From: Massalongia carnosa
Taxonomy: Eukaryota
Direction: 5' to 3'
Length of the DNA stretch: 64,000 nt
NCBI GenBank assembly: GCA_965645245.1
Contig: OZ287074.1
Span: forward strand, 1,984,001-2,048,000
The notes beneath the pieces were generated by a model. That model ran no database searches, was not told the DNA's origin, and saw nothing but the letters and a program-made list of their open reading frames with translations. Below, piece after piece: positions 1 through 13,129 of this stretch. Within the stretch, counting starts at the first letter, position 1, and every line of letters begins with the position of its first letter. The position numbers and the translations under genes were made by a program.

Positions 1-558
1 CGTCAACAATGATGACGCGTTGGGGATGTGGATTTTGTGAAAGATGGTGGATGGAGTTAAGATAGATTTGAGAAGCCATTCAAGGTAAAATTGAAATAAT
101 GATAAACGAGATGTCACAGTACAATACAAACCCCTCTGCGATTGACGACAACAACAACGCTCAACCTATATTTTGTATGTTCGCCTGCTTGGACGGTTAG
201 ACCTAAAATATAAAAAAAAACGATATATCAAGCACAAGGTCAAAAACGATAATTGGTTGAATAGGCTAGATGGATATAGATTAGGAGCGCAAGGAGATTG
301 TAGCCGCGTTGGACTGAGCCGCTGGAAGCCGATTGAAAGCGAATAGTCCAGCGGCCGTCTTTTTGCAACATGCAGAATGCAAGCAATCGTCTACCGTATA
401 ATTTCCACTATTAACCCCTTTTCAGCTATAAGCCTGTGTTCTAAAATTGAATTTTCAGACCGAGGGGGGGTATTGGGCTATAAGCTCCTAATTCTTAAGA
501 AGATATAGAGGTACTTAATTTTCCTAGTAATTCTCACTGAATTTGAAGTACCTTCCTA

Positions 559-1772
559 TTATTCTTCATCCATCTCGCTGTCGCCGCTATTATCTTCCCC
601 GCCATCGTTTTCCTCAATATTCGACCCTATTTCATCTCTTAAAACATACTTTAGCCATCGAATCATGACCGTGGTATTGCTCCATGCAGTATCATTCCAT
701 TGGACCGACACCCCTGTATGATACTGACTTATCTCCTTCTTTATACGACTGTTTTTGATTCCGTCTTTTCCCCTGAAGATAAGAAGCGGTTTGCAACGAT
801 TTATCCCATCAGCAGAGACGTATACCATTAGTGTAGCTTGTCTCTTATCCCATCCCGATCTATGCGTCTTGGCCCATATCGTTTTAGCCCCCTTGAAATC
901 GTAGGTATGTCCGTCCAGAAATTCGTACGCAATTGGGGTTTGATCCATGTTACCAATATCACAAAGACGATATCTTCCCCCTCCGTGCTGTGGAATTTGA
1001 CCTATTAAGGGCTGAGAATTACGTCGATTGAATTGCAGCCAACTTTCAATAGTGGACCGCAAATTCTCGGAAACTATCTATGATTTTTGGTAACTGCTCG
1101 TGGAGAAATACCGACTCGATTCGTGAAGTTATTAAACCACCCAACAGAGAATTTGAAGCCTAGATACTCATCTCTTTTCCCCGCTTTTCGAATAATTCGA
1201 TGTGGATACAACTCGGCATATATATGTTTTGCCTGACGTATAATCCATCGTTTATCAACCTTCATTCCAGCTTCTCTTTTGTCTTTAAACAGCTCAATCA
1301 GCTGTCTTTCCAACTCCGGTTCCTGACAGCCAGTATTGAGAGGTCTGTTTTTTCTGATTCCAGTACTCATGTTTTTGATTACGGAGCTTGTTTTTAACCA
1401 TCTACGAAGCATAGCTAGATCAATTCCTAGATTTTTTGCAGCTTCGTATTTACTAATAAGCTTAAGAGTTCCGTCTTTTTGAGTCTTCCAAGTTATTGTA
1501 GCATAGTTGATAGCAGCTAACTTATTCTCTCGTGTGTAGGATTTTCTTCGACGAGTGATTTCATCATCCGAATTTCTATTAGACACGTCATCAGCCGATT
1601 CACGTATCAAACGAAACTGTTCAGTTATCTGAGTATTGTCTCCGAAAGATGTCTGAGATGACTGTGAATAGCCTGATTTTTTGACACTTGATGCCCATAA
1701 GCTTCTGGAAACAACTGATTTTGTACGAGGACCGGTAGGAGTCTTTTTAGGAGATACATGTGGGGGGGCCAT
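559..1772 (-). pseudogene. DDE_1/CENP-B-type transposase, frameshifted and C-terminally truncated
   Basis: ATG at 1772 (MAPPHVS); HTH-like regions (YTRENKLAAI; FKFSVGWFNNF); after a frameshift/stop near 1065-1090 it continues IGNMDQTP...RQATLMVYVSADG...KPLLIFRG...WNDTAW; the later catalytic Asp motifs are not seen. Confidence 0.82.
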
Positions 1773-1780
1773 ATTGAGAT

Positions 1781-2100
1781 GTATAGGAAGGGCAATGTAT
1801 AGGAAGGGCAATGTATAGGAAGGGCAATGTATAGGAAGGGCAATGTATAGGAAGGGCAATGTATAGGAAGGGCAATGTATAGGAAGGGCAATGTATAGGA
1901 AGGGCAATGTATAGGAAGGGCAATGTATAGGAAGGGCAATGTATAGGAAGGGCAATGTATAGGAAGGGCAATGTATAGGAAGGGCAATGTATAGGAAGGG
2001 CAATGTATAGGAAGGGCAATGTATAGGAAGGGCAATGTATAGGAAGGGCAATGTATAGGAAGGGCAATGTATAGGAAGGGCAATGTATAGGAAGGGCAAT
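1781..2100. repeat. perfect tandem minisatellite (GTATAGGAAGGGCAAT) x20 inside the transposon, upstream of the transposase ATG
   Basis: 320 bp = 20 identical 16-bp units read directly from the sequence. Confidence 0.97.
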
Positions 2101-4009
2101 GATCAAAAAAAGAGAAAATGTATTGGGGGTGCCGGGAAAAAATTTTTTTTTCACCCGTTGTTATAAGCCCCTATTTGACTATAAAAATGATTTGGCTATT
2201 AATCCCTTTTGGCTATAAACCCCCGTTCAAAATCACCTCGATTCAGTCATCTTAGCTATACGCCCTGAGGCTTATATGGGAAATTATACGGTATGTAAGG
2301 GAAAACCACGCGTATAATTTATGCAGCCCGAGAATCAGGTACCAGGTTCGGGGATCTGGAGGACAGAGTGCAGCGTAATTTTCCAAACTGATCCTTCGCT
2401 CATGAAGCGAAAGCAACGCTAGTGAAACGCAGCCACCTCGTGTATATTTCTGTCCTAGGCCTAGGATGCGACATGACGCCGTTCGTGCACCGTCCGTGCA
2501 TGGATATGGGGCCGAATCAAGTAGGCTACGTTATCCATAAACGCTGTAAATGCGAACCCTAAGACCAAGACGTACTTCATCTATCTAAGTGACAGGTTAT
2601 GTAGGAAATAGCGGATGAAAGAAACAGCAAAACACGATTTTTGATGAGTGTTGATGAGGAAGGAAGGAGAAATGAAGCGAGAAGGGTGAAGAGAGAAGAG
2701 TTTCCACTTCCTTGCTAGCGTCCGGCCCTATCCCGCTCACTCGCTAGATGCCGGCCGTCATGGTGACGACTACACCAAGCTGGTGCGTTTATGAAACCAC
2801 GTTCACATGATACGTTAAAGAGCCCCTTCACTACCGTCGATGCCTCTAGCTCTTTCGGACGTTATCTCAGTACAGAGAGAGGTAGGGATCCGAATATCCC
2901 GGTCAACAATCATATCCCGCAGGCATCGATATGCTTCTGCCGACAAATGGTGTATAATAGTTCCCCAGTCATCAGATTAGGAAAGGAGCCTTGATGCTTT
3001 GGTATATGAGGCCAATGATAGTCGAAATACTCCAAGCCCTATCAGGCGAGACCCATCACATAAAACTTACTTGTACTGTGACGCGAAGTAAAGATCACAA
3101 TCCAATAGTAACGTATGTTTTGCTCTAGTGTAGAAAATCTAGCGTAGAGTGGTCACAGCAAACTTGAGACCCAGGTATTCCATGACTTGATATGGATCAT
3201 AATGGTTGGGCATTAGAAAAAGAAATGCCTTTTTTTTAATAGAACTCTTGTTAATTCTATTTCGGCTTCCACCGTTAACCTTATCAACGTCTTATTGGTG
3301 AACAAAAAGCCACACGGCAGATAAATCTAATGAGGACAGATTCCTTTGACAGAAGGCATCGATTTATAAACTCACATCACTTTATTTGCTTCTAGTACTG
3401 CAAGACTGTCTCGCATAAGAAGAGCCTTACCTGCTCTTCGACCGCTATACGTTATACTGTCCTTAACGGGAGATTCTCGATAGGCTTGATTTGCTCACCA
3501 CTAGAAGCTTTAAGGACTGGTAGGAGTTCATGTTTTTTCTAGAACTGTCCACTTCCTCAAGGATTCTCCCCTCCCCTCCCCTTCCCTCCTCTCCCCTTAA
3601 GATTTCTTATTCAAATATCAGGCCAGCCCTCATGGCTCGGGAAATGTAGCGGTTAAAATTAATTCGATATTTGGCTTTTGGTTTGTGTTTAAAAAAACGG
3701 TTCAGGCATGTGCTAAGAGGAATCAAGAAAAGGCGAGGAGGGTCGAAATGAGTAGACAACGCTGCGGTCGTGACATGCTGATACGTAAGTTGTTCTTGAG
3801 TTTGATAATCCTTGGCTGTATTTCACATTAAATAGTCCAGCGACGCGAGCAAAGAAATGAAAGAGACTTTATTGATGTGTTAGGATGCCGTCTCCGGAAG
3901 CCTTACAAATAAATTCTATTTACTATTACTTAAACCCCAAGGTAACATCAAGAGATTCGACCATCATTCATCACCGCAGGAAAATTAAATGTGTGATTCT
4001 CCCGTCGGG

Positions 4010-5715
4010 TTAATTGGGATGACACCATTCCCAGGTGCATCTTGACAGGTAGTTAAAAAAGGAACTCCACCACCAATAATATTTTTCAGTGACTGATATC
4101 TCATTGGATGGCGTTGAATTCGGCAGCTTCGGACTCGTTCCGGGATGAGCTGGCTGTGCTGGGTCTCGGTTTTGATCTATACCTTTTGGAAATTCGACCT
4201 TTGAATCGTTCGGTTTCGGTACAGCGGGGTTCGAATAAGGCTTGAGCGGAGGAATTGTCATCACGTACGGTGTTAGGTTCTCTTGGGTTGCCGAAGGGCT
4301 CTGGAGTGAAGCCATGGGGCTGCCGGCGAACATCTTGGAAAAGCATTGGGTCAGGAGGGGCTTGTCGGTGAAACCTTCCTGGGAAGACCCCTTCGGAGTC
4401 AGACTATACGGATAGAGACTGTTAAATCCGCCTGCAGACCAGCCGATGTAGCCCATATAGACGTCGGAGTTCTGGTTGAGAAAGGCAAGCGAGTTGCAGA
4501 GATCTGTTTCATCTCAGTTGATTAGGGTTCTTGGGATAGAGGAGTTGATTTGAGTTTTTTGAAAGGATTGGCTCACATTTCATACAGGACTGTTCCGTTG
4601 ATCCACCTCCAAGCTCAGCGACCAGAGCTTTTCGGTTATGCTGCCGAAGCCAAGCTGCGAGTGGTCGGAAAGACTCATCAATTCCATCGGTGTTGCAGGA
4701 TTGAACCGATTTCCCGTGATAGTTCGGGTCATTGACATGCAAGTATTTGTGAATCTCGAAGATAAGATTTTCGGTAGATCCGTCCGGGTTTGTTATGTTG
4801 AGTAAAGAAGGCCCGGATCCCTTGAAAAGCTCTGTCGCGATGCACCAACGATTGCCTAGAGACACGATTCAATATGGACAATCGAAAAATTTCACTCAGG
4901 ATCATTTACCGGGCAAGAGAATATACTGATTCCGAGCTCCTGCTTCACGAATCTCTCTGATTGTGTGGCGAAGGGTATGGGCCCATTTTTCGACGTCAAC
5001 TATTTTCATATTAATATGATTACACCGTTCATTAGTCGTAATAATAAGGGGGAGCGCAAAAGCGTCATTTCGAGTTAACCTGACTCAAACATAGACTCGT
5101 AGAGGCTCGAAGTGACTAACGAGAAACAAAAGGCATAAGATAGAAGAATGCTTCTTACGATTATGTGGTTCGTTCATTAATCCCATCACAACCCTATCTT
5201 CTTTGGCATACTTCCAAGCCAATTGAGCCCACAGATGCGCAAATTGCTCATTCGCAGGCCCCCCTTGGCCAATGACCTTGTTGTCCCAGCGAGCAAAATT
5301 ATGGATATCAAGAATACAATGGCTCCCGGTGCGCAAGCACGCTTGCATTAATTCGTCGTACTTGCCCATGGCTTGAGGATCAATATCACTTCCCAGCTTG
5401 TTGTTGACTAGATATTGCCAAGTTACAGGAAGTCGGAAGATGTTGAAGCCGTGGTTCTTGTTGAAGTGAACCATCTGGCCGGGACCATCTTTCCCGTATT
5501 TTGTTGAGAGAAGAGGAGGATAATTGTTTCGGATGTCGCAAATGCTTGCCTTCTATCTTTCAGTTGATATATCTCATGGTTGGGGAAGGACATACGTCTT
5601 TCTGGCAGCCAAACTCAAAACCTGCTACGTTAACGCCTGCCCAAGAAACCGCAGCGAAAATACCCTGGGCTAAGCTCAGAACTACAAAGACTTTAGTGAG
5701 AAGCTTGAAGATCAT
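4010..5715 (-). CDS. secreted GH5 endo-beta-1,4-glucanase (EG II-like), multi-exon, with Pro/Ser-rich C-terminal tail
   Basis: ATG at 5715 with signal-like MIFKLLTKVFVVLSLAQG; AGVNVAGFEFGC; IFRLPVTWQYL; ILDIHNFARW; acid/base GLMNEPH; IFEIHKYL; nucleophile VAELGGG; GYIGWSAGGF; GT-AG introns join the ORF pieces. Confidence 0.88.
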
Positions 5716-6878
5716 ATTTGCCGATTTGGACCCTCAAAGAAGCATGAACGAGAAGAGACCGAGTTAGAACCCTATTAAAAATGCCAGAAAATATATAATA
5801 GACTCCTGTATCGAAAGAAAGGCATTCAGAAACGAATAAGGAAGAAACGGATATATCAAGGAAAAGAGACAGTTCCCGTCCTTGATGGACTTCTCCCGCA
5901 GAACAGAGTAACATGAAGAAACGGCCTGAACCGAGGCCCTCGTTTCATCATCTCGGGTGGTCGAAATTAAAATATGGCCTTGCTTATCTAGATTCTTAAA
6001 TCTAGATCATTGCCATCGCGATATTTGACAAACGAGAAGGTTAACATGCAGGTCACCTCTTGTTTGAAACCTTGCAGTACACTGTACATTTCCAATCCAA
6101 CTCGAACGTTGTTCGAAACGGTTCGACCTCCCGTTATTAAGTCCCTACAAGTGTATTGTGGGATACTCCGAAGCCCGAATGGTTTGAGCTGCCTTTCTAT
6201 TGCTAGATCAATTGGAGATGATAATTTCGAACCCGTGGTACCGGGAAGGAAAAGTTTAAGGCCTTATTCTAATCTAATTGCAAGAAAGGGTTTAATACAA
6301 GACAATACATGCTCACATGATATTAGCTGAACCAGGTTTTGTGTACCTCCTCGCTGATAGCTAGGTCGACAGCTGTTGCGTGCAACCATGCAACCGCTTC
6401 TTCATGTTACTCTGTTCTGCGGGAGCGCATACCAATCCTCGGGATCAGGCGAGACCTTAGCACAGGAGCTAGAATAGCGTGCGACAATGCACGGCTCAGT
6501 AGGTAACCTCAAGTTATGTTCAAGATTGACATCGTCCCTTTCTAGAGGCAAATGAGTTTCTGAAATCTAAAGAGGCAAACTTGTTGCTCAAGTTTTTGCA
6601 TTGATTTCTGTCCTGCGAAACGTGTGACGCAAGACATATTCTGTGCAAGGGAGTGTGAGAAGGGCACCTACATCGGCAAACAACAGGTATAGGTCTTGTG
6701 GACCTCACTAACCCTCAAGATCACTTTGTTTGAAGAGGTTGTATGAGTGTTTGAAGCTATGCGCTTATCTTTGCTTCACTTTGCATGCAAAGCCTAGATC
6801 AATTATGCCTCTTCTCATCTTCAATAGTCCAGGCTTAGTACCTATCTTGTTAAAGGAGTCCTTTGGTTACGCCTAGTC

Positions 6879-7822
6879 ATGAACTTCTTTTGTGGAAAGC
6901 TTGAAGGTCCGAATAGTCCAGGACAGTATTATTGTTATCAAGCTGGTAATGAACTGAAAATGGGATTTCTCGAGAGACCTATTTTGGTCGAGAAATCCTC
7001 CCACCCGAGCAGAAGAGTCAACTCGAAAATTAGGAACTCTAAGAGCATTTTGGTCCTCAATACCATCGTCTTCATTCTCTCCATCATGTTTTTCACAGCG
7101 TCATTCCAAAATCGAGTCAAAGCCGACGGAAAGAATGGACTATTAAAGAAAAAATCCTATTGCTGCTGTTAGATGTTACTCCCGAACTGAGACTGTCTTG
7201 AGGGCTAACATAGGGTGCAGCACCAATACTCGATAGTATTGAGATTCTAGTATTTCCTATCAAAATCAACGGAAAAATCCCTACCAGCCATCCGCTATCT
7301 ATCTACGAGCGGAAGCCGAGTCCCGAAGTGGATGCGGCATGGAACAGAATCGCCCCATCCGGTAAAATTGCTGTTTCCCGTGGGGATGTGATAAAACTCG
7401 GCAAAGATCTAATGAAATCGGCCAAATACCCCGACAACTTTGGACTGGGTCCTGGTGCATACATTGCGGAGATAGACGTATTTCATCAAATTCACTGCCT
7501 CAATGTCCTGCGCAAGGACATCTACTTCGATTATTATTATGGAGCTTTCTATCTAGACGAAAAACCATCCAAGCTTCATCTAGCGGAGACCTCGCGTTGC
7601 ATATATATCTTGTTGCAGAACCTTATGTGTGCTGCCAACGTCGACATTTTCACCCATAACTGGGCGCAAGGACAGCTTCACCCGGTTCCGGATATGAGTA
7701 TCAGCCACAAGTGTTGAGACTTTGAGGCGATGATAGGTTATCAGACCAAGAATACCATCGCTTCTGATAAGTACGAGAAGCTGAGAAATCCTGAAGCCAT
7801 GGTGCCTTTACCAGTTGTTTGA
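6879..7822 (+). pseudogene. DUF3328/UstYa-family oxidase, probable pseudogene
   Basis: N-terminal TM segment, intron about 7168-7220, DAAW, first HxxHC motif (VFHQIHCLN), eroded second motif (ETSRCIYILLQNLMC), in-frame TGA at 7715-7717 in KC*DFEA where the family has CRDF; the frame continues to TGA at 7822. Confidence 0.78.
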
Positions 7823-8827
7823 GGGCGCTTGAATGCGAGGAGGTAAGCCTTTGTTATCTGAAGGAAAAGAAAAATAAGTTACGCGCAACGATGTGTGACC
7901 ACAATCCGAAGCTCGGAGACAGATTCCGTGAATGCCATTGCTGTTGTAACTCATCTTTGAGTCACGAGTTCGGTAGATAGAATAAGGTATGTAATAACTT
8001 ATCTAAACGTTAGTCACGGAATTTGAGGAGCTACAAATGATATCACATTTTCATACACATTCCTTTCGTTATTTATTCACATAAAGCACTCTGTGATGCA
8101 GAATACATTCTCGCTAGAATGTTATGACATTGTCAATAACGATTATAACCGTTACACAGATACCATACCTCTAACAACGAAAAAGCACTCTCCATTAGAA
8201 TCAAAAGCACTCGTACGTCGACTGAGGTTCTGCCCACATCCACTACGCTCCTCACTCTTTTTGCTATGGCCCGTTCCCTGGTTCTTCCCCCAACCAACCC
8301 CTCTGCTCTCAACCAGAGAGTTAGATGAACACCCAGAAATAGTTCAAAAGCAACAAGGCGGAATCAAGCAGTTGATAGCGATTCCACTATTTTGGGCGCG
8401 TGACATGCCGCTTCGATCACTCTGCCGTCTTTTCGAGGACATCTGCAGCAAGCGCCTCGTTGAGATGGGCTTCGAAGCCGATTACTTCTTCTTTCATGCA
8501 GGGCTGGGTAACCCGACAGGTTTGACCCGACGGGTTTGACCCAACCCGTTGCGCGGCGTAACTTATACAAATATCATGTATGTACATCGGAAGTGGTAGC
8601 TAATGAGATTGAAATGGAGGATTAGAGAATGGGTAGCCACTAGCCAGTAGGCATATATACTTCCCTACATAGGAATTGGTAGCCAAATGGTCAATTATTC
8701 CTCAGAAATCTAATCATCTAGCAAACTGCCCAGCACCAATTTACTATTTATCCTTCTGGTTGTAGTAGTCCTAGCGGTAGCATTCCTCCGTAAGAGTTCA
8801 GAGTCTCTTGAACCCCTCAGCCAATAT

Positions 8828-9553
8828 TTGCCCCCAATGTCCCAAAGCGACGCCTATCCTGGTCGACAAAACTATTTGATCAAGGTCGCTTTACAGAGAG
8901 TGGAGGATCCGCAAATTATCCGTACGCTCTCCTGCCCCGCCGAGGCCACCTTCCACGAATTCCACCAGGCGCTGCAGCTTGCATTCGGCTGGGTGTTTTG
9001 TCACCAGTACTCCTTCGGGGTTCTGGACCACACAATCGTCGAGTACCCGGTTCAAGACTGCGCGGCTCGAGATTTCCGCGCTCCAGCTCGAGGACATTGG
9101 CGGAGCGATGGCGATGATCGGGAACTCCAACCACAAGCCGACGCCGTGGAGGCAGAGCAAGAAGATCCGGCTTCATCAGTTTTTCGACAACCCGCCCTAC
9201 GAGAAGAAACACCTGGTCTACGAGTACGACTTCGGCGACGGGTGGGAGCACTCGATCAGAGCACGGGGAGGCGACATCCCATTTCGTGTGCGTGGACCGG
9301 GAAAGGTCACCCCTGCGCCGAAGATGTGGGAGGATCGACCGGGTGGAAAACCCTCAAGGAGGCGTACCGGGCGACAGAACCCTCGGCGAAACAGAAGGAG
9401 CTTCGGAGCTGGTATGGGGAGGTTTTGCAGCAATGGTTTCACGGCCGGGCTGGAAGGGGTAGGATATGGCGCTGGGATCGGGACCTGGTGAACGCGCGTT
9501 TGGGAGACTTGCCACGATTGCCGGAAGAACATGATAGGACGCTTGATGCTTGA
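8828..9553 (+). pseudogene. MM3350-like / pRiA4b ORF3-family protein with two frameshifts
   Basis: RTLSCPAEATFHEFHQALQLAFGW..HQYSF in one frame, LVYEYDFGDGWEHSI in a second frame, and GHPCAEDVGG..GW back in the first frame. Confidence 0.75.
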
Positions 9554-9859
9554 AGTGATGGAGAGACATGATTTGACAAGTCGGGACGTCTAGTAGAGAT
9601 GTCTTTTTCGGCTCTCGACGTTCAATTCTTCTCAGAGTCCATGATGGGGCAAATATTTTTAACAGGATTTCTCAACATGAGCTTTTTCGATAACAAATAT
9701 CCGCGGTGGAGAATGTCGTATCTTGAAAGATCACAGTGCAGGTATTGAGTTCAAGCGTCATGTTGTATTTATTCCTCGCGATTGCAAAACTGGCTACTAA
9801 ACCTGTCGATTTGCAAATTCTTAGAGTGCCTGTTCTAATTTTCCCTCCAATATAGGCTC

Positions 9860-12800
9860 TTGCTGCCTAGGACAGCGCTCACCGCCGCGCCCGTCGCGCC
9901 GCCCATGATGTCAAAAATGGTTCCGTCGGCGTCCTCCTTGGAAAACTAGATACGCAATCGACGCGACCAGCGAATCCACACCGTAGTAATGCAACGGCTT
10001 GTATGTGTCGAGACTCGACTGCGGTGTCGAAAGCGCTTTAATCAAAATTTCCCATCAGTGTGTCGGAGATCACGGCGCTGGCCTGGGCGAGCGAGTCTGC
10101 GGCCTGTAGCAAAGGCACGAAAACGAGGGCTAATTTGAAGAGGCCGAAGACGGGATGCCACGATTGCGCATTTGACGAAAGTGGCCAAAAATGGGTTGAC
10201 TCATCTAGTAAGAATCTTAGGACTGTCTCCCCTCGAGGGAAGTCGGCGTTTCGAGACCCACGACCACTTGGTTAATGAAAGGGGGTGGGGAGGCCCATGG
10301 CGGGATCGAGGTGATATTTGAGTAGGGCGTGGAGTTCTCTTTCAGTGATGTCTGGAAGAAATCCGCGACATCCATATTGTCTTTGATGTTTGGTTCCCGG
10401 TCGCGAGCCAACTTCGCGTATCATTCCAAGGTTCATGGAGACCGCCTTTTCACCGTCGGCGATACACTGACGGGCGAAGGCGTTTCGATAGGTGTTTCCG
10501 CTGGCATAGTTCAATGGGCCTCTCGATCCAAAGACGCCAAAGATAGACGACAGCAAAACAGAAATCCATGCCTTTGGGCAATAGCGAGTATAAGTTCCTG
10601 GGACCTTTGGCTTTTAGTTTTACGGCAGCTTTGGACGTTCAAGAGACATTGTCTCGAAGACAGCATCCTTTGTACAAACAGTCAATGCATATCTAACGAC
10701 CCGAAGAGTTGCCAAGGAAAACCTACCTGGACAACTATTGATCCCTTGAACGCAGTCTTTTATCGATGGCATTGATTGCACGCACTCTGTTAAGACAACT
10801 CTCAAAGAATTTGCTTGGTGACGATCGCAGGCGCAAGCTTCGACATGAACACCATCAGCTCTTGATTCCTTGAGTAGTCGGACCATGGCCTCGTTTTGGA
10901 CACTCGAACTGAAAAGTAGTATTAGGTTTCTCGCTCTCGCGATATTTTGACCAACACCTCCCACACCACCAGATATCGGATACGATGGGGCTTCGTACTT
11001 AAAACGGTCTGAGTGTAACATAAGCTCAATTGCTTCCGCACAAAATCCGGATACTAAATACGCATCCCAACTGCATCATAAAAACCTGAAGGCCTTTTCA
11101 ATCTCGGATACTCTATAGACATGCAACGGCCGAGCCAGATACATCTTCTTGCTCGCAACCTTACCCACAAGTCATTGTAAAACTTCACGAATCAGCGCAG
11201 GGCGATCTCGAGTCATGCTAGCAAGATCAATGATAGAAAAGGCGACATTCGTTGAGAACGGATACATGGGTAGTTTCGCATAAGGATATGTCTTTCTTTC
11301 CGGTTTCAGTAAAGCGACCCTGTGATGCGATACATTCCCAAGAGGCCATCAGCCCCTTGCCAGCTAGAGAATTTAAAATCTTTTTCACGCTCCTGGTTTT
11401 TTGTCATTCTGCTGATACCTTGAGCGAACGATAGATCTCTGCTGTAGAACATGTGCTCTTCCAGAATATCGTACGACTCCACGAGCAATTTCTTCTTTTC
11501 TTTCGAACTCACAGTTATATAATGGCGCCGAGAAATCTTGATATTTGAATCGCTGCTTGACCTGTCTCTTCAGCCCCGAATAAATCAAAATGGAATCTTC
11601 TTTCTTCATTTATGCTATGATGTGTAACGCATGATGCACGATGAGAGATTTTATTGGGAGAATCGCGTCTTCGAAAACGAAAGATCATCGGGAATATCGA
11701 TTACACACAAGGATTTGCAGCGCACATATGGTTTATACGTTTTCAATGTACAAGTACACACGTTATCGTCTGGTCGAAGATCAGTTTCATTTCAGGCTCG
11801 TGTCACGATCCCGGCACACTTGGCTTCAAGAGTGGCGACAAAGACTCCACACAAGGCAATCAATAGGTTCATGACATTTTGTTTCGCTTGTCTTGACTTC
11901 TATCTCAATCTCTTCTGCAGTTAATGGTTCGATCAATTCAGGATCGTTAACGAATCATAAAGTGACAAGAAGATCGACTTACGCGATGTTCAATTTCCAA
12001 GAGAGATTCCTTTTCAAAATATATGATCTTCGGCTGTCGTGGCAAGATTCTCAGAGTGATTTCATGATTCGCATGTTTGCATCAATCACTCAACTGATGT
12101 AAAGTATCTCGTTTTTCTCTTCGATTTCACGTTCGTACTTATAGTTTGGACGAGATGTAACGCTCTAAAATGTCTTGATAATGCTTTCGGCGTTTCGCGA
12201 GGTGACAGACTTGTTGTCTTCAAGTGTCAGCGTAACGAACGCAAGGTCGCTTTTCTCAAACGAATGAATTTATCTAGAAAGACCTTTGACGAGTAAAAAT
12301 TCAGAAAACGTAGCAAGTTTATCATCGATTGGAGTCACTCAAAGCATAACATATTCCCTTTCGATCACGTTTTTTTTTCTTTCAAAATATCATTAATAGG
12401 TTTTTGCAATGCGGTTCAATCTCAAGAAGATCGTCAACAAGAGCAGTTTTGCGGGCTTCAAGTTTGTTTTTCGACGGTTTGAAGGATTGTGAGCACATAA
12501 CTATGAGACAGAGCATTCGAAAGAAGAACAAGACAGGACAGAACAAAACAAAACAAAACAAAGAAGTCATATTCTTGATCCAGTACTCCTCAAGGCAGAG
12601 TTCCTCGATCGAAATCATGCAGCCAGCAAACGGAGGTCCACAAGCAGAGTGAAACCACTTGATTACAAACAGGCTCGGGCTCCATGCCTTCGAGGAGAGC
12701 TTTCTGCCTAGCGGCAATCTCGTTCATGAACGATGAGCGATAACTAATTCATGTCGACCTGAAGTTTTTCGTATAAAGATGAAATTCGCATCCCGCTAGA

Positions 12801-13020
12801 GGTTTCATGGCATTGGTCTGAAACCTCATTGTAATACTCCGCCCTGCAGTCTCACTCATCGGCAACGTTGTGATTTCGAGGGGGAATCTGGCCCGGCTTT
12901 TGGCAGCTAGATACATCTTTGATCATTTGAATTAAAACGCTCATCTTGATGTTTTCATGCTTTCACGGCGATTTTGGGATTTGGCCACTTAAAGTCGATG
13001 TTGGGAGGAATAATCCCTTT
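9860..13020 (-). pseudogene. heavily decayed highly reducing PKS remnant (post-KS, AT, ER, KR and ACP fragments)
   Basis: Fragments in collinear order: KGIIPPNIDFKWPNPKI (about 13.0 kb), LLEIEPH (about 12.4 kb), EDSILIYSG (about 11.6 kb), ISGGVGGVGQNIAR and NYASGNTYRNAFAR..AVSMNLG (10.4-11.0 kb), KPLHYYGVDSLVA (about 9.96-10.0 kb); many stops and deletions. Ends are approximate. Confidence 0.75.
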
Positions 13021-13129
13021 ACGTAAAAAATGCAGAATCTAAAACATTTTATTTATTGTATTTATGCAACGTTGTGACAGACCTTCGACAAATTTGCATT
13101 CAATTCTTCAACTATCTTCAATAAATCAA

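Larger units (their letters stand above)
394..2291 (-). mobile_element. pogo/Tc2-like (Tc1-mariner superfamily) DNA transposon, defective
   Basis: 13-bp terminal inverted repeats CCGTATAATTTCC (394-406) and GGAAATTATACGG (2279-2291), flanked by TA on both sides (392-393, 2292-2293); subterminal TATAAGCC/TATTAACCC-like motifs at both ends; internal transposase remnant. Confidence 0.88.

Noticed and set aside
1781..2100. CRISPR array or telomere
   Set aside because: Contiguous identical units without spacers, in a eukaryotic locus, inside transposon TIRs; not a TTAGGG-type repeat.
1625..2154. ORFs encoding LPFLYIALPIHCPSYT repeats in three frames
   Set aside because: Artefact of a stop-free 16-bp array; the real ATG is most likely 1772.
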